Shown: in pieces, positions 41,904 to 55,781 of the stretch
How positions within the stretch are numbered: position 1 is the first letter of the stretch
Layout of the letters: every line of letters starts with the position of its first letter
Source of the DNA: Chrysomallon squamiferum
Lineage: Eukaryota > Animalia > Mollusca
Assembly: GCA_012295275.1 (NCBI GenBank)
Contig: CM022665.1
Span: forward strand, 14,632,001-14,696,000
DNA: 64,000 bases
Direction of reading: 5' to 3'
Position numbers and translations under genes: made by a program
The notes under the pieces: generated by a model
The model's input: only the letters and a program-made list of their open reading frames with translations
Told to the model about the DNA's origin: nothing
Databases searched by the model: none

Positions 41904-42030
41904 GTAAATGTTTCAAATTATTGTAGATATAAATAATGTTAGTAAATGTTTTAAATTCCGCAAATTTTCTTCGTAAATGTTTTAAATTACTATCAATATA
42001 AATACTACTAGGAAATGGTTTAAATTTTAA
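41904..42030. repeat. Minisatellite, 4 copies of ~31-38 bp
   Basis: GTAAATGTTT(T/C)AAATT at 41904, 41942 and 41973, with a variant at 42010. Confidence 0.75.
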
Positions 42031-43644
42031 TTAACATAAATTATTAGATTTAAATTTTCAGTTCGAAAGGTGTTAAATCAAGAATTGAATAATAATTTAC
42101 AAAAAAAAGATAAAAGTGGTAGGCAAGTTCAGGTCTGGTATACCTTTCTCAAAATGTCAACCTACATATAATATATTAATAACATATCAAATCATAGGTT
42201 TGTGCCCCTAAAAATATTCACATATCATAAACACACATCAACAGAAAAAAAAAAAAAAATAAATAATAATAAACCAAACATACAAGCATGTGCATGTGCA
42301 CGTGCACACACTCACACACACACAAACAGTATCAATAACACATTTTGCTCTTTGATAATAACTACAGAAGTAAATTTCACATATATTCATTAATGATGCT
42401 AGACACAAACTCATTACCAGTTTCTTTTTTCCCTGTGTTATAAATTTTCTTTCCAAGATATCAGTCACTGTCACCTTTGTAGTAAGATTTAATTTTGACA
42501 TTAGTTTTATAACCCATTAATTATATGTAAAAAGCACAAAGTCTCATGTCATGATAATATGTTTCTGTCAAAAAATATTTTTAATTTAAAATATTAAAAA
42601 CTGGGTTCTATCAATATTGCTGTTTAGAAACTAAGGAAATGACAGAAAAGCATGGTTCAAGAAATGTTGGCTGTTTCTGTCAACTGATTCATAATTTAAC
42701 GTATTAAAGATGAAATCTAATAAAAATTCATGGCTTACTCATACCAATAAAGTATTATACATCTTAAAATTAAATTAAGAACTGATGTTGTGTTCATGAT
42801 ATAGCTCATTATGTTAATCAGTGGCTATAATGTTTAATTACTAAACTGAATTATACTTTTTGTTTCCACAGATTCTTAGGCATTCATCAAAACAGACAGT
42901 GATCAGCTAAATAACATGATACTTTGACAGTCTGTCTCATTATTAGATAATGTGTGTTTAATTATCAGGTAAACACAACAAAGAAATGGATTTACTGTCA
43001 TAAGAGGTTGTGAGGAATGTCAATTATTTTTATTTTTTTTTACTTTTAAAAATAAGATCAGATAAAGCAAATTACAGCATGCTTCATTCACTTGTCATGA
43101 ATTAGGCTGTATTAACTTTCTCTACATGGTGAACTATAATGAGATGTGTAGACTTACACCATGAATCACTGACACAGTTGTTAAGTATTCAAAAATTCAG
43201 TGAAATAACTTTTCAGGAGTAAGAATTAATAATGAAATTAAAAAAGAAAAACTCAGTAGCTGCTGGTGTATGTGTATTTGTGTGTATGTGTTTGTGTACA
43301 TGTTAGTATGTATTTGTGTGTCTGTGTGTGTGTGTTTGTTTGTGTATGTGTGTGTTAATCCATATTTATTCAATATAAACAAAAGGTAATATGAAGCCCC
43401 AGCACACAATTACACCTTTCCAACTTTATCTTATGCTTTACTTTTACATTAAAGTAGCATTCAGTCAGTCAGTGAATCATTTTGAATAATCCTTTCATTC
43501 TTTTAACACCTAAGCATACATGTCTTGGGCAAACAGTCTAAATCAAACTATCTACTAGGCCATAATACTGTTAGTATGTTAGAAGATTAGGGAAAAGTGA
43601 CAGCATAGCAATTTTATACTCTGAAATTGGCTTTGGATAGAACT

Positions 43645-43712
43645 TACTGAGGTTTGATCCTGGTGGATACCAGTCATCTAACCAGTGCCTTAACCACAGC
43701 ACCACCAAGACT
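43645..43712 (-). mobile_element. Decayed tRNA-like SINE head
   Basis: The reverse complement reads GGTGGTGCTGTGGTTAAGGCAC...CCAGGATCAAACCTC: A-box and B-box-like motifs at tRNA spacing, with no intact cloverleaf. Confidence 0.45.
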
Positions 43713-44007
43713 GGTACCTTATAAATCCTCTTTACATATTAGCTGATTCAGCCAGCTGTTTTATGTATATGACAAAGTATCTGCCTCCTGGGATAGATCT
43801 GTCAGTCTTGAGGTCCACAGGTCAGGAAAATAATGTGTGTCAGTAGAGTTAGTGTGTGGCTTGGGAATGTGTCAGATTAAACCCAGCACTATTGTTTAGT
43901 TTATGGTCACAGACATGTTACACTAAGGAATTTACTAATACATCTTTCACAATGTTTTGTCTGTCTGGATTCCACAGGTTTTTCTTACAGTTTCTCATAA
44001 TAAATGA

Positions 44008-44380
<373 letters not shown>

Positions 44381-47300
44381 AACTTTTATACAGATTAATA
44401 TTTTGATGAGGTATAGCATTAACGGTAAACAAAAACTCTGATGTTTGTTGACAGTCTGTCCATTACATTTTGTATACTGACATTTTATCTGAACAGCTTT
44501 ATGTATTACTGTATACTGACGAGTAACATATACAAGAATAATTATATGTTTGATGTTAGCTATACAAACACACACAAAAACAAACATACGCACACATCAC
44601 ATACAAACAAATATTTCATAAAAATGGTTAAACTGTTTAGAACTGTAAGTAACAGTAATGCACTTCATACCAGCTGAGACAAAATTTGTTATTTAGAAAA
44701 AATGATAAACTGAATAAATTATATATTCTGGTAAAGAATTGCAAGTGGTGTTTGGAAAATTAAAAAAGTAATTGTTTTGTTTTCAGTACCAATCTAATTT
44801 TATTACTGTTTTAATTTTTAATTTAATTTAATTTTTTATTTTTTTTAAATGTATTTGGTTATTTATTTTTTGTTTTTTGATTTTGATTTATTTATTTCAT
44901 TATTTTTATTTTTATTTTTTTTTATTATTATTATTTTGTGCAGGAAAAATTCTGACAGTAATACTGGAGAGGACTGATTCTGCAATCTTTCATACGTCAG
45001 TTTGCATTCTGTTCTGTAGTAATATGTATAATTTTGTAAGCCAATAAGACAAACATAAAGACAGATAAAGAAATGTCAAATGTAAGCAAGATAGCAGAGT
45101 CATTTTTTAACCAAGTTAATTATATTTGACTCTTAATATAAAAATTGTCAAACCAAAAAGTTCAAAATGACACAAACATCAATACAAAGGATGGAACTGT
45201 TCATTATCAAGCTTATCAAATTTTCTTTTGATGTTGTTTAAACTGAAGTGATTTTCTTTAATTACTATCTCCTATTTCTAAATGAAAAAAGACCAAAAAT
45301 TTTTTTTTTTAAACAAAGGAAAAGAAATACTGGAAGGAAGGCAGGGAAGACAGAAAGTAAAAAATGTTTTAAAACATCAATCAGACCTTGTTTTCTGCTT
45401 TTTCTTTATTTTTAATTTAAACTTTTTGAATCTTTGACTTCAGACTGAGGCTTTGTGAACTGCAAGTAGCTTTAATCTCAGATTCAATTACACTCATCAA
45501 AGACCAAAGGAAGCAACTCTTTTCCATTTCATCCAAATCGGAGAAGTTCAATAATGCAAAAATCCACCTTCACACTTCAAATGATATTTTAAAATGAGCA
45601 ATTACGACAAATGGACAGGGACGGAGAAAAGACCACTGAAAGAGTGCTTTTATCCTTTCAGTTTCTATAGAAGCAGATTTAATCCATGCTGCCAAAAATC
45701 ATGGGCTGTGCTTTGCCTGAGCACACATGACACAAGTATTATGAGATGATAGGAGTGATGAGGACAAGGCTCAGAGACACATTTCTATGACTTCTAAGCA
45801 ACGTGCTGAAGACATGACATGGCACTCTATTGATTACATTTGTTCAAAGTACGACAAATTCCCTGAGTTATTGAAATTAGTAAATGAGCCATCATCTGTA
45901 AAAAGAAAAATTAATCAGTGCTGATCTTTCAAAGGAAAATGGACATGTATACAGTTTTCTTCTCATCTTTATCAAAACCTTTTAATTTCCTTCATCTTCC
46001 GCCATCTGATTTGTGGACACCATGAAATACAAGATTTAGATGTGTACATGTGTACGTGTATATGTGTGCGTGTGTGTGTGTGTTGTAACTTTAGTGGCTT
46101 CTTTTTTTGTGTGTGTGTACATGTGAGAGAGTGATGAGTGAAAACAAATGTGGGATTGGATTTATTTTTGTTCTGCAAGTACATATTTCTAATGAGATAC
46201 AAACAATATGAAATGTAAACTGGTAAACAGTTAATGTTTTTTTTATTATTCCACATCCATTTTGTTTTTTCTTTTATTGTATTATTATTAGTATATATTT
46301 ATTTATTGTTGCTGTTGTAATTTAACTAGACATTATACATCTATATGTAACTTCTATATACTTTGTGACTGGATAGTCATGAATTACAATAAAAATCTCA
46401 TTTGGAACTGATGCTTGAAGGTAAAATAATCTGTCTGAAACAGTTTTAAATTAAAGTTTCTGAGATTTTTTAACTCTTGAAATATAAAAAAAAAAAACAT
46501 TATTATTATTTTTTTTTTAATGTGCCTATAATAAAGATACTCTCTATATTATTAACATTTTGTGCTGTTTGTATAAAACTATGGTTTAATAATTATCAGG
46601 TTTCCTGACAGGAGAAATTAAACAAATAAATAAGCTTGTATATGAAGTTATTAAATTTTCATGTCACTTATGTTATAGGTGAAAGAAAGCAGAAATTGAA
46701 AATGAAACATCAACATTATCTGCATGGAAATTTCTGAATAATTATTTGTATTCAGTTTCTATTCATTCTAAAGTATCCACTGGTTTTAATGAATATCTGG
46801 AACATACTTCTGATAAAATAATAAACATGAATGCATCCATCATCCATCCATCCACATATACATACCAAGCTAAATGTGTGTATCTATACTAGTATGGACT
46901 TAACAATTTTTAATGAATAACTTAATAACTTTTTATATCCTGCAGATATGCAATACAAGTTAGTAAAACTATTATTTTTGTAGTGAACAATTGCACTACA
47001 CAGACTGAGCTCTCAAAGAGACTGCTTTGCGATGTAACAGGGAACTGACTGGAATGAATGTAACTGGAAGGTCTTGGCAAGAACGAATAATACTATAAAT
47101 CATCATTTGTCATACTAGTCCATCCATTAACACTGAACAAAGTTCATTTATTTATTTATTAGTATATGTTATAAGTAATAAAAATAATTAAAAAAATAGT
47201 TAATAGACTGACCAGTCTTGTTATACATTCATATGTCCTGCAAGTTTAATATAACCAGTCAGACATTAACCATCCCTCCCTTTCTTTATGTGTGTGTGTG

Positions 47301-49559
47301 TGTGTATGTGTGTGAGCGCGCATGTGCGTGTGTGCATGTATTTGTGAGGGGTTACAATTTTCACAGTTCATCTACTTGACTTAACTTTTATCCTTTAACA
47401 AAACTTTCAACAGTTTTGCCTTGACAGATATACTTGAATAGTTTTCGGATGAAAGCATACAAAATACTGGCTACATATATACATCCATGTACTGGTAGGA
47501 ACTGTGAATAGGATACTGCCAGTGGTAATAAAATAAGGATTATTCTAATCTTTCCAAAGAAGCATGCTGGTTGTGGAATCTGACATGGGAAGATGACCAT
47601 GCTGGGATGCCATGTAAATCTCATGTGTGATGGTAATGTGATTAGTAAACAGGTGATGTGGACCCCAACAATGGCTGGTGTACAAAGTCTATCTACAACA
47701 CACTGATTTACACAGGTCATTTCCTGATATAAAACACATGTTATACAGCCCTCTCTGACACAGGTGAAGGCAACACTCTGGCATCCAGTTAAACATTTCT
47801 TTTTAAATGTTTAATTCATTTGTATTTTTATACTTTAAAAAAAAATAAAGAAGTGAATGCTACAGTTCAGGCATTCATTATTTTATTTTTTTTAAATATT
47901 TCATTTTTCTCTTTAAAAACAACAACCATAGTAATTTATACAATATATTTATGTATATAAACTTAAGCAAGCTTGAACACACACACACACACACACTTTT
48001 ACCATGACCTCTATTTAATTTCTATATTCTTATTCTTTTTTGATATCAATAGTATAAACTTAAAATGATTACACATAATAAAAAATATTTATTATAATAT
48101 CAATTTAAACAGGAAATGTAAACAAACTAAAGACAGGATAAAATTATACCAGATAAAAATAGTTTACTAAATTTAGAAACATTTAAAGAAAATAATATTA
48201 ACAAGAACAACAAATAAAAAAAGAAGACTACTGTTGTTGCTGTTATTGCTTTTATTGTTGTTATTCTATGGTGTTTTTCGTGAGGGGGGTTCTTTCCCCG
48301 CCTCCTTTTTTGTTTTGCTTTTCCAAATACAAAATTAACTATAGGACTTGACTTCCAAAAAACAGAGCCATACTGAACTCAAATGAACAGTTTAAAAAAT
48401 GTGCACCACATCACATCAAAAACTATACAAAACAGTGTGACTAACATAGTTTTTAAAACTGTACTTGTTAACAACCATTCTCATGTCTGCATGTGAACTC
48501 ACATCAGAGTCCACTCCCATTAAATTTTCTAATTTCCTGCTGGGTTAAATGTAATAACTTGAATTAAAACCATCTGCAAAAACAACACACAGTTGGACCA
48601 CCTATCTGACTAAAAGGTGAAAATGAATAGTGGTACTGCATGTAGATGGTGACAATTTATACATCAGAACTATTCAATGGTGGTGTTAAACATACTGTGG
48701 AATAATGAAATTGCAGTGATTTATTTTATATGCCATGCACTTGTTTTCCTTAATGGAAGACATGTTGGTGTGTATAATTTAATAGATAAAATATTTGTAC
48801 TTAATTCGTTAATATATAACAGGTTGTTTTCAAGTTTGGGGGGGGTTGTTATGGGGTATTTTTTGTGGGGTTTTTCTCATTTTCATAATTTATGGTCTAA
48901 AAATGACATACTGTGTTTATTTATTTCTAATTTTTCAATAAAATGTTTTGATATTTTTGTCAAGAAATTAAAACACACACACATATACATAGGCCTATAA
49001 TTTGTAATATCACATCTCTTTTTCGCTCTTGCTTTCTCTTTCCTTCTTAAAATTTTTCCCTTTTTCTCTTCTTCTCATACACACACAAATACACAAATAC
49101 ACAAATTCCCCTTCCTTTTCTGCTTCCTCTTTCTCTTTTATTCCCATTGATGATTTTGAGCAAACAGAGATGTTTTTCCAGCAAATCAGACTGCTGCCAA
49201 TAAAAGATGTCATCAAGTTGTTATCAAGGAATACTTGAATTTCAGACATCCTGGCTTTAAAAGTGTCACACCAGTAAACCATTTGTGAGTGTCATTCAAC
49301 AGACAGGCCAAACTGAAACAGTTACCATTTTGCCACAGCTGGCAGATTCTCAGACAATAAATATGCCACTGTCAAGAACCTTCAGGTCAAAAACATCAGT
49401 AAACTGTGAATGACAACCAGAGAGGTCTTGTACAGATTACCACAAGCATGTTCCAGTTCTGGAAACACTCCTATACTGAACATGCTATTTTATTGCTGTT
49501 CAGTTTATTTTGGTTATTACAGAGAAAAGCAAAATACCGAAGAATCTGAAATAGCATTT

Positions 49560-49955
49560 GAAGACTATTACATTTTAATTGGCAGTTCAAATCTGTATTA
49601 TATTTTAACTGGCACATGAGGCCTTTATTTTAATTGTAGTTCAAAATCACTAAATTGGTGATTTTGTGAGGACATAGCTGATAGTTTAAAACTACATTAT
49701 AATTAAACTGCCAGACAGTGAATTAATGATGTTAATGACACAACTGGTAGTTGAAAATTACATAAACTATCAGTTAGTGATTATATTACATTTATCTGTC
49801 AGTTACTGAATTGGTTATTCTGAGGACATATCTCGCAAATGAAGATATCTTTACATTTAAACTGCCAAATAGTGAACGTGATTTTCAGAACATAATTTGA
49901 CAGTTATATTTTAACTGACAGCTAGTCAATGATCAATTCTCAGGAATTTAACCGG
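49560..49955. repeat. Degenerate tandem array (~65-70 bp period)
   Basis: Recurrent TAAACTGCCA...AGTGAA and TGAGGACATA blocks. Confidence 0.55.
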
Positions 49956-51026
49956 CAAAAGAAATCACTTTATATTATCAAAAGGGACATGGCTCATTAC
50001 ACACAAACAGTCACACTTCATTTAAATGAAATGTAAATGTGCCTGTCTGTAATGAGTAAGTATGTCTGAATCATAAAACTGAGCTGAACAGAAAAATAAA
50101 TGTCAGAACAAAACATAATATTGTTTCTTAACAGAATGATTCAATCCTTCTCTTTAAATTAAATTTTAATCTAACCTCAATCCCTATTCTCTCGCTTTTT
50201 TTTTTTTTTTGTTTGTTGATTTTCATCACCTTCTTTTTTTCTTTTGATCTGTTGGAATACTGTGATGAGTTTGTCTGGACAGAAAATATAAGAAGTTTCT
50301 TCACCTTTCTAAAGATAATGTTAATGGTTTAGTGAAAGTGGAGTGAAGTGCTATATAGTTTGATATTTATGTGATTGTAAGAAGCAATAAAAAGTTGCAG
50401 CTTCCCTCTCACTGTCAGTGTCAATCTTTAGTGACATGGTCAATGGCTCTTCACCGAAAGCAACTCTGTACATAAATTATGTTAAAGCATATAATACACA
50501 AGGACCTGTATTTTTCACTTCTTAATATTGACATGTGTATCATGTCAAACAAATTGACCAGTTTATGGTGTTTTACATATAGGAATATGTTGCTAAGTCT
50601 ATCCCTGTCATGAAAACAAGGCCTGAAAGATTAATGGGTTTTTTGTACACAGTTTTAGACAGTTTCCCTTATGAAGTGATATTTTTTTTTTTAAAGTTCA
50701 TTTCCTACTGATGCAAATTTACTGATAGCAATCTTAGTGTGGGGTATTGTATATAAGGCATCTTTAAAGACTGTTGTCATGATCTGTTGGTTGCACATCT
50801 TTCTTGGTATCACTGTAGTGATGTTTTTCTTATACAATGTTCTAGGTTTTCCTACTGTAAACTATTTGCTATACCCTTTTCTACATATAATCAGTCATTT
50901 CCTGTTTTTAAGCTGCCATACTAGTTATGTTTGTGTTTTAGAAAATATTTGTAAAAGATAGTTTGCTCTTTGCTGATGACTATAACTCAGTGAGTGGCAG
51001 ACTTTAATTAACTGATTAATCAATTA

Positions 51027-51029
<3 letters not shown>

Positions 51030-51089
<60 letters not shown>

Positions 51090-51113
51090 CATCATTATCA
51101 TCATCATCATCAT
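51030..51113. repeat. (AAT)n(CAT)n microsatellite
   Basis: Direct inspection. Confidence 0.95.
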
Positions 51114-51159
51114 AAAAAAAAAGGAAAATATACCATCTTTAAAACAGAAAATAAAAAAT

Positions 51160-51191
<32 letters not shown>

Positions 51192-51784
51192 TGCTCAACA
51201 AAAACATACAAAACGAACCTGACAAACAATCACAGGCTAAAATGTTTTCTTTTGGGAAATATTTTTTTAAGCCATTATTGCCAGCACAAATGGAAAAACA
51301 AGTTGCCAAACTAAAATTAGCTAGTCCATTAGAGCAGCAAGGCAAAACAAAACATCATCTGTACATCTTCTCTGACAGCTGCTGTCACCAGTGACGACAA
51401 GTACAAACAGGTCTGAGACTGGCAGTTCTGCAATTGAAATACTTCCAGCTTCTAATTTGCGCACAGGGCACACAACATATTGCTTTGCATTTCCAACCCG
51501 ACAATGATCACTCTACAGAATGGAAAGAATCTTTGCAAGAATTCTCATCCAGTCTTCATGCAAATTCCTCAATCTAACACAACACAAAAGTGCAGCTTTC
51601 TCTTTCACTGTTCAAATTTCCTGTTAGTTGGGTTGTTGTTTTTTCTTCTTCTACTTCTTGTTTTCTTTATTTTCTTTTCTGTTATGTTTTGTTTTGTTGA
51701 TTTTGTATCTACATTTTCTTTTCTATAATTTATTATTCTCAACCACATTTTTTTTTTTAAATCTTCTTCTTTTTCCCTCTGCAA

Positions 51785-51825
<41 letters not shown>

Positions 51826-52379
51826 ACCCAAAAACAAAAAAATGAAGAATGATGCATGAAGAAAACTGTTCTGACACTAACCTGTAACAATCATCAGCAA
51901 TGTTCTGCCTGAAATAAAGAACGTGTGTTCTTAGTGCAGCCTAGAAATGACACTGTAATATTTCACTAACATAGATAATTACCATAAGTAGATTTAGGAA
52001 ACAAGTCCTTAAATAAAACATCTTCCGCTGAATACTTACTGTATTAAAGCTCAACATATCTACTTTATCATTCATAGTTAAACAAATTTAGTATCTATCT
52101 TTTGCACTACATAGTAGGTAACAATCAAACAAAGGGTTTAGACAAAATGTCAAAAAGTCAAATGTCCGTGATCAAATGTCATAGCAGCAAAATATCAATG
52201 GACAGATGTAAAGGATTAAATGTAAACAGACAGAATATCTATCATTTATATAGTATTTGGTCAAAATATCAATCAGTATATTTAGAAATAAAACAACATT
52301 ATGTTTGTGAATAGACTTATGGTACCAATTTGTGTAATGTCAACATTATTTTAGGGTTTGGCTTTCTAATGGATTTAAT

Positions 52380-52520
52380 AGTTAAGGAAGAAATATTTTA
52401 TTTAGCCATAAAGGAAATTCACTGTGACAAAGCTGTGGCCTTTTAATAATTAACTGGTTAAGTGGGAAACTGCCCAATGGGAGTATAATATAGGACTGAC
52501 CCTTCAACTAATTACACAGT
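52380..52520 (-). mobile_element. Decayed, internally deleted SINE copy
   Basis: A GGAAGAAATATTTTATTTA tail plus TGGCCTTTTAATA...AACTGGTTAAGTGGGAAACTGCCCAATGGG, matching the copies at 8122 and 26251. Confidence 0.5.
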
Positions 52521-53550
52521 TACATAAACACAGATACAAAATTATTATCTTGATATTTCTACTTCAGATCATATTTGTGATGGTCAAATAGTGCATTTGT
52601 GTGTGTGTGTAAATGTGTGTACATACAAGTGTTTCTATATGTTATTTAATATATCAGAATTTTAATCCCTCTTATAATTTTATTCGTTCTTTTCATGATT
52701 ACAAATACTGGTAAAAAGTATTCAAGACACCAGGTTTGTCTCCAATAACTGATAAATAAAGCCAAAACTGAACAGTACAAGACACCAAGATCCTATTCAC
52801 AAATCAAATGAATTACTCACAATAACTGAACTGGCTATTACTAATCACTATAATTAGTACAAGTTAAGAGTACAAACAGAGGAATCTAGATAATTCAAGA
52901 TAACTAATTCTGGATTCTGCAATAAGTCCATGTAAGCCAAGACTAATTAGACAAAAACAAAAAGCTGGATGTATTTTTCTATTTAAGATGTCACTGTGAA
53001 TGTCTGGGCAGACAATGATATATTAAACCCATGGCTGAAAGATACCAGTATCAGACTGTGGAATCTCCAGAACCCTGTAGATTCTCCTTGAGGAGTATTC
53101 TTATTTCAACCTACTGAAAGGATGATGTACATGCTGGCTAATGTTACTACAGTTTGGCACCAAAACTAAGGTCCCCCAGTGCTTGTTAAATATATCCTAT
53201 TTGAGTGCTGAAAGCCACTGACAAATCCAGAGAAGACAGGGCAATCATATATATGAAGAAAAAAAAAAAAAAAAAAAGATTCTTCACAAGCCAATGTCTG
53301 AAAGTATTTAACAAGGAAATACTGTTTTGGTCAAGCACTGGTATTGTTAACACAACAGAATTGTGAGAAAAACCCAGAGTATTTTGTAATTATGTACAGC
53401 ATGTGTAAGTAATAAAATAAGATCCATTTGTCAGAAATAGTAAAGACACAAAAATTGAGTAACTGTACACTGAAGACCAAATAATTAGTATCTTTGTAAT
53501 ACATCAAACTAGATAGCCTTTTCTTTTAGCAATCAAGGAAACCTATGTAA

Positions 53551-54050
53551 GGTATTTTGTAATCCAGTGTTAATGTGATTACGGTATTATATGTATCTAT
53601 TATTAGTGTAACTGTGCTATTCTGTACATCCACCATTAACTTAACTGTGACATTTCATATACTGAACACTGACTGTGGTATTCTGTATAACCAACATTAA
53701 TGTCACTCTGGTATTTTCTTTATTCAGTGTTAATGTGATTATTAGTATTTTGTTGACTCAACATTAACACACCTGTGTTATTTCATATGGCAAACATTAT
53801 TGTGGCTATGGCACTTTGTGTATTCAATAATAATATGACTATGGTCTTTCAAATACTGAACTTTAAACAAAAATATTGTGGTATATTGTATATTCCACAT
53901 TAATACAGATGTTGTATTTTGCATACCAATATATGATATTTCTTACACATAATGTGACTTTGGTATTTCATACACTTAAAGCGACTATGGCATTTTATAT
54001 AGTGAATGATAATGCAATTATGGTATTTTAAATATCCAATATTAAAATGA
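53551..54050. repeat. Old minisatellite, ~15-16 degenerate copies of a ~33-bp unit
   Basis: Approximate consensus GGTATTTTGTATATCCAACATTAATGTGACTGT, readable in register across ~500 bp. Confidence 0.85.
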
Positions 54051-55359
54051 CAAAAATTCTGATCCAGATTTCTATACATATATACCAACACCCATTACAA
54101 ATATTTGTTTATATAATACTTGTAAGTAATAATTGTTTACGTAGTAACATAACAAATGTTTATTTATAAACAAAAATATCGAATTGTTTACTTCGATTAG
54201 TTTTATGTTTTAGTCTTATTAACATACATTTCCTGGGATTTTTAAAACTAGAATCAGTATATAATTTCTCTTATGCTTTTTTCAAGCCAAAAAATTAAAC
54301 GATTGCTTAAGAAACATACACAGCCAGGATGAAAAACCTTTTATTTGCCAATAGGTGTGACTTTTACAAAAAGAAGGGGGAAAAAAAGAAAAAGAAAGAT
54401 AAGGCACAACTTTAATCATTTATCCCTCAACAAGGAGAACTGATTACCTGGGTTTCAAATTCACATGAAAAAACAGAGAACTGTTTGTGAAATTGTGGAT
54501 ATGGAGAGATATTAATGGTAAATGTCAGGTATAGGATGAAAGCGTGACCTTGCTAGGAGGTATCAGAATGGGTGGGCCTTTTTTCTTTCTTTTTTTTTTT
54601 GAATGTGTGTGATCAGCATAATGCAGTATGAAAAGGATTTGAGCAACATTTTGAAATGACATTATTTAACCTATAATGATTCTGTGTTTAACTTAAGATA
54701 TCTCAAAATATATACATTTGTTTTTGTTCTTTTAAACATTTTCAATTTTTTTAAATTATTTTTTTCTTTTCATTAAGTATTACCAAATACAGAAAGAAAT
54801 ATTCCATTTTGCTTGATGAATCTTTATTTTAGTTTTCTAAAGAACAGAATACTATTTTCCATTTAATTCATATTATTAATAAATTTTAATTTTTTTATTT
54901 ATATATTTTATTTTTTTATTTATTATTATTTATTTTTTTATTCACTTTTATTATTATTATTATTTATCTTTGTTGTTTTTTTCTTTTCTTTTTTATTTGT
55001 AGTTTCTATTTATATGAACAAAAATATATATATTTTTTTTTTTTTAATTTTATAATTTTTTATAATGTCAAATAAATTTCCAGGAAGATTTGGTTTGTCT
55101 TTATTGATATTTCCCCAGTGTAAAATTGAGGAAGACATAAATATGATTAACCTGACAAGCCAGAATCTTCATTAAGCATTATACTTCTACTACGCTTTCA
55201 ATAGCTTCAACAACATCTGTTCCAGTAATGTATTAAAACATTATTACATCCAGCATCGGATTTGATTTAAAGTATTTCTAATTGCTGTTCAAGCTTGCAA
55301 AAAACAACAAATTCTATTCAGAACACAGACTGAAGCTGAGGTGTATGGCAAAAAATAAT

Positions 55360-55520
55360 AAATTAACAGTCGTTTAGAGACAGCTCAATAAATGTTAGTA
55401 TTTATGATTATTAGGTTGTCTAACATATGGTTCTTACATAATGATGAAGGGTCATAAAGAAAACCTGCTACCAATCTATTGAAATACCTCTCTATCAATT
55501 AGGAACAGATTTTACATATT
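55360..55520 (-). mobile_element. Decayed SINE 3' half
   Basis: GTCTAACATATGGTT...AAGAAAACCTGCTACC...TACCTCTCTATCAATTAG is collinear with 26100-26190 (GAAATGAAACCTGATGTC). The call partly rests on my recalled family consensus. Confidence 0.45.
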
Positions 55521-55536
55521 TGACTTCACTGGTTAG

Positions 55537-55710
55537 CAACAACAGTTCACATGCAGCTTCATCAACCAGCATAAAAACATTACATATTCATCTTCATCAA
55601 ACCGTAATAACAAATTGTACCTATTCATCTTTATCAATTAACAACAACAAATCTCACATATTCAACTTCAATAGGCACAACAGTTCTTACATATTCACTT
55701 AATCAGTTTG
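55537..55710. repeat. Degenerate minisatellite, ~5 copies of ~35 bp
   Basis: Recurrent AACA...ACATATTCA(T/A)CTTCATCAA units. Confidence 0.6.
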
Positions 55711-55717
55711 CAATAAT

Positions 55718-55718
<1 letters not shown>

Positions 55719-55765
<47 letters not shown>

Positions 55766-55781
55766 CACAAACACACACACA
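55719..55781. repeat. (CT)n(CA)n microsatellite
   Basis: Direct inspection. Confidence 0.93.

Noticed and set aside
42872-42967. Plus-strand exon candidate (tttccacag ... CAG|gtaaac)
   Set aside because: Stop codons in all three frames.
45835-45895. Minus-strand exon after the strong acceptor tttttctttttacag
   Set aside because: No convincing donor site before stop codons.
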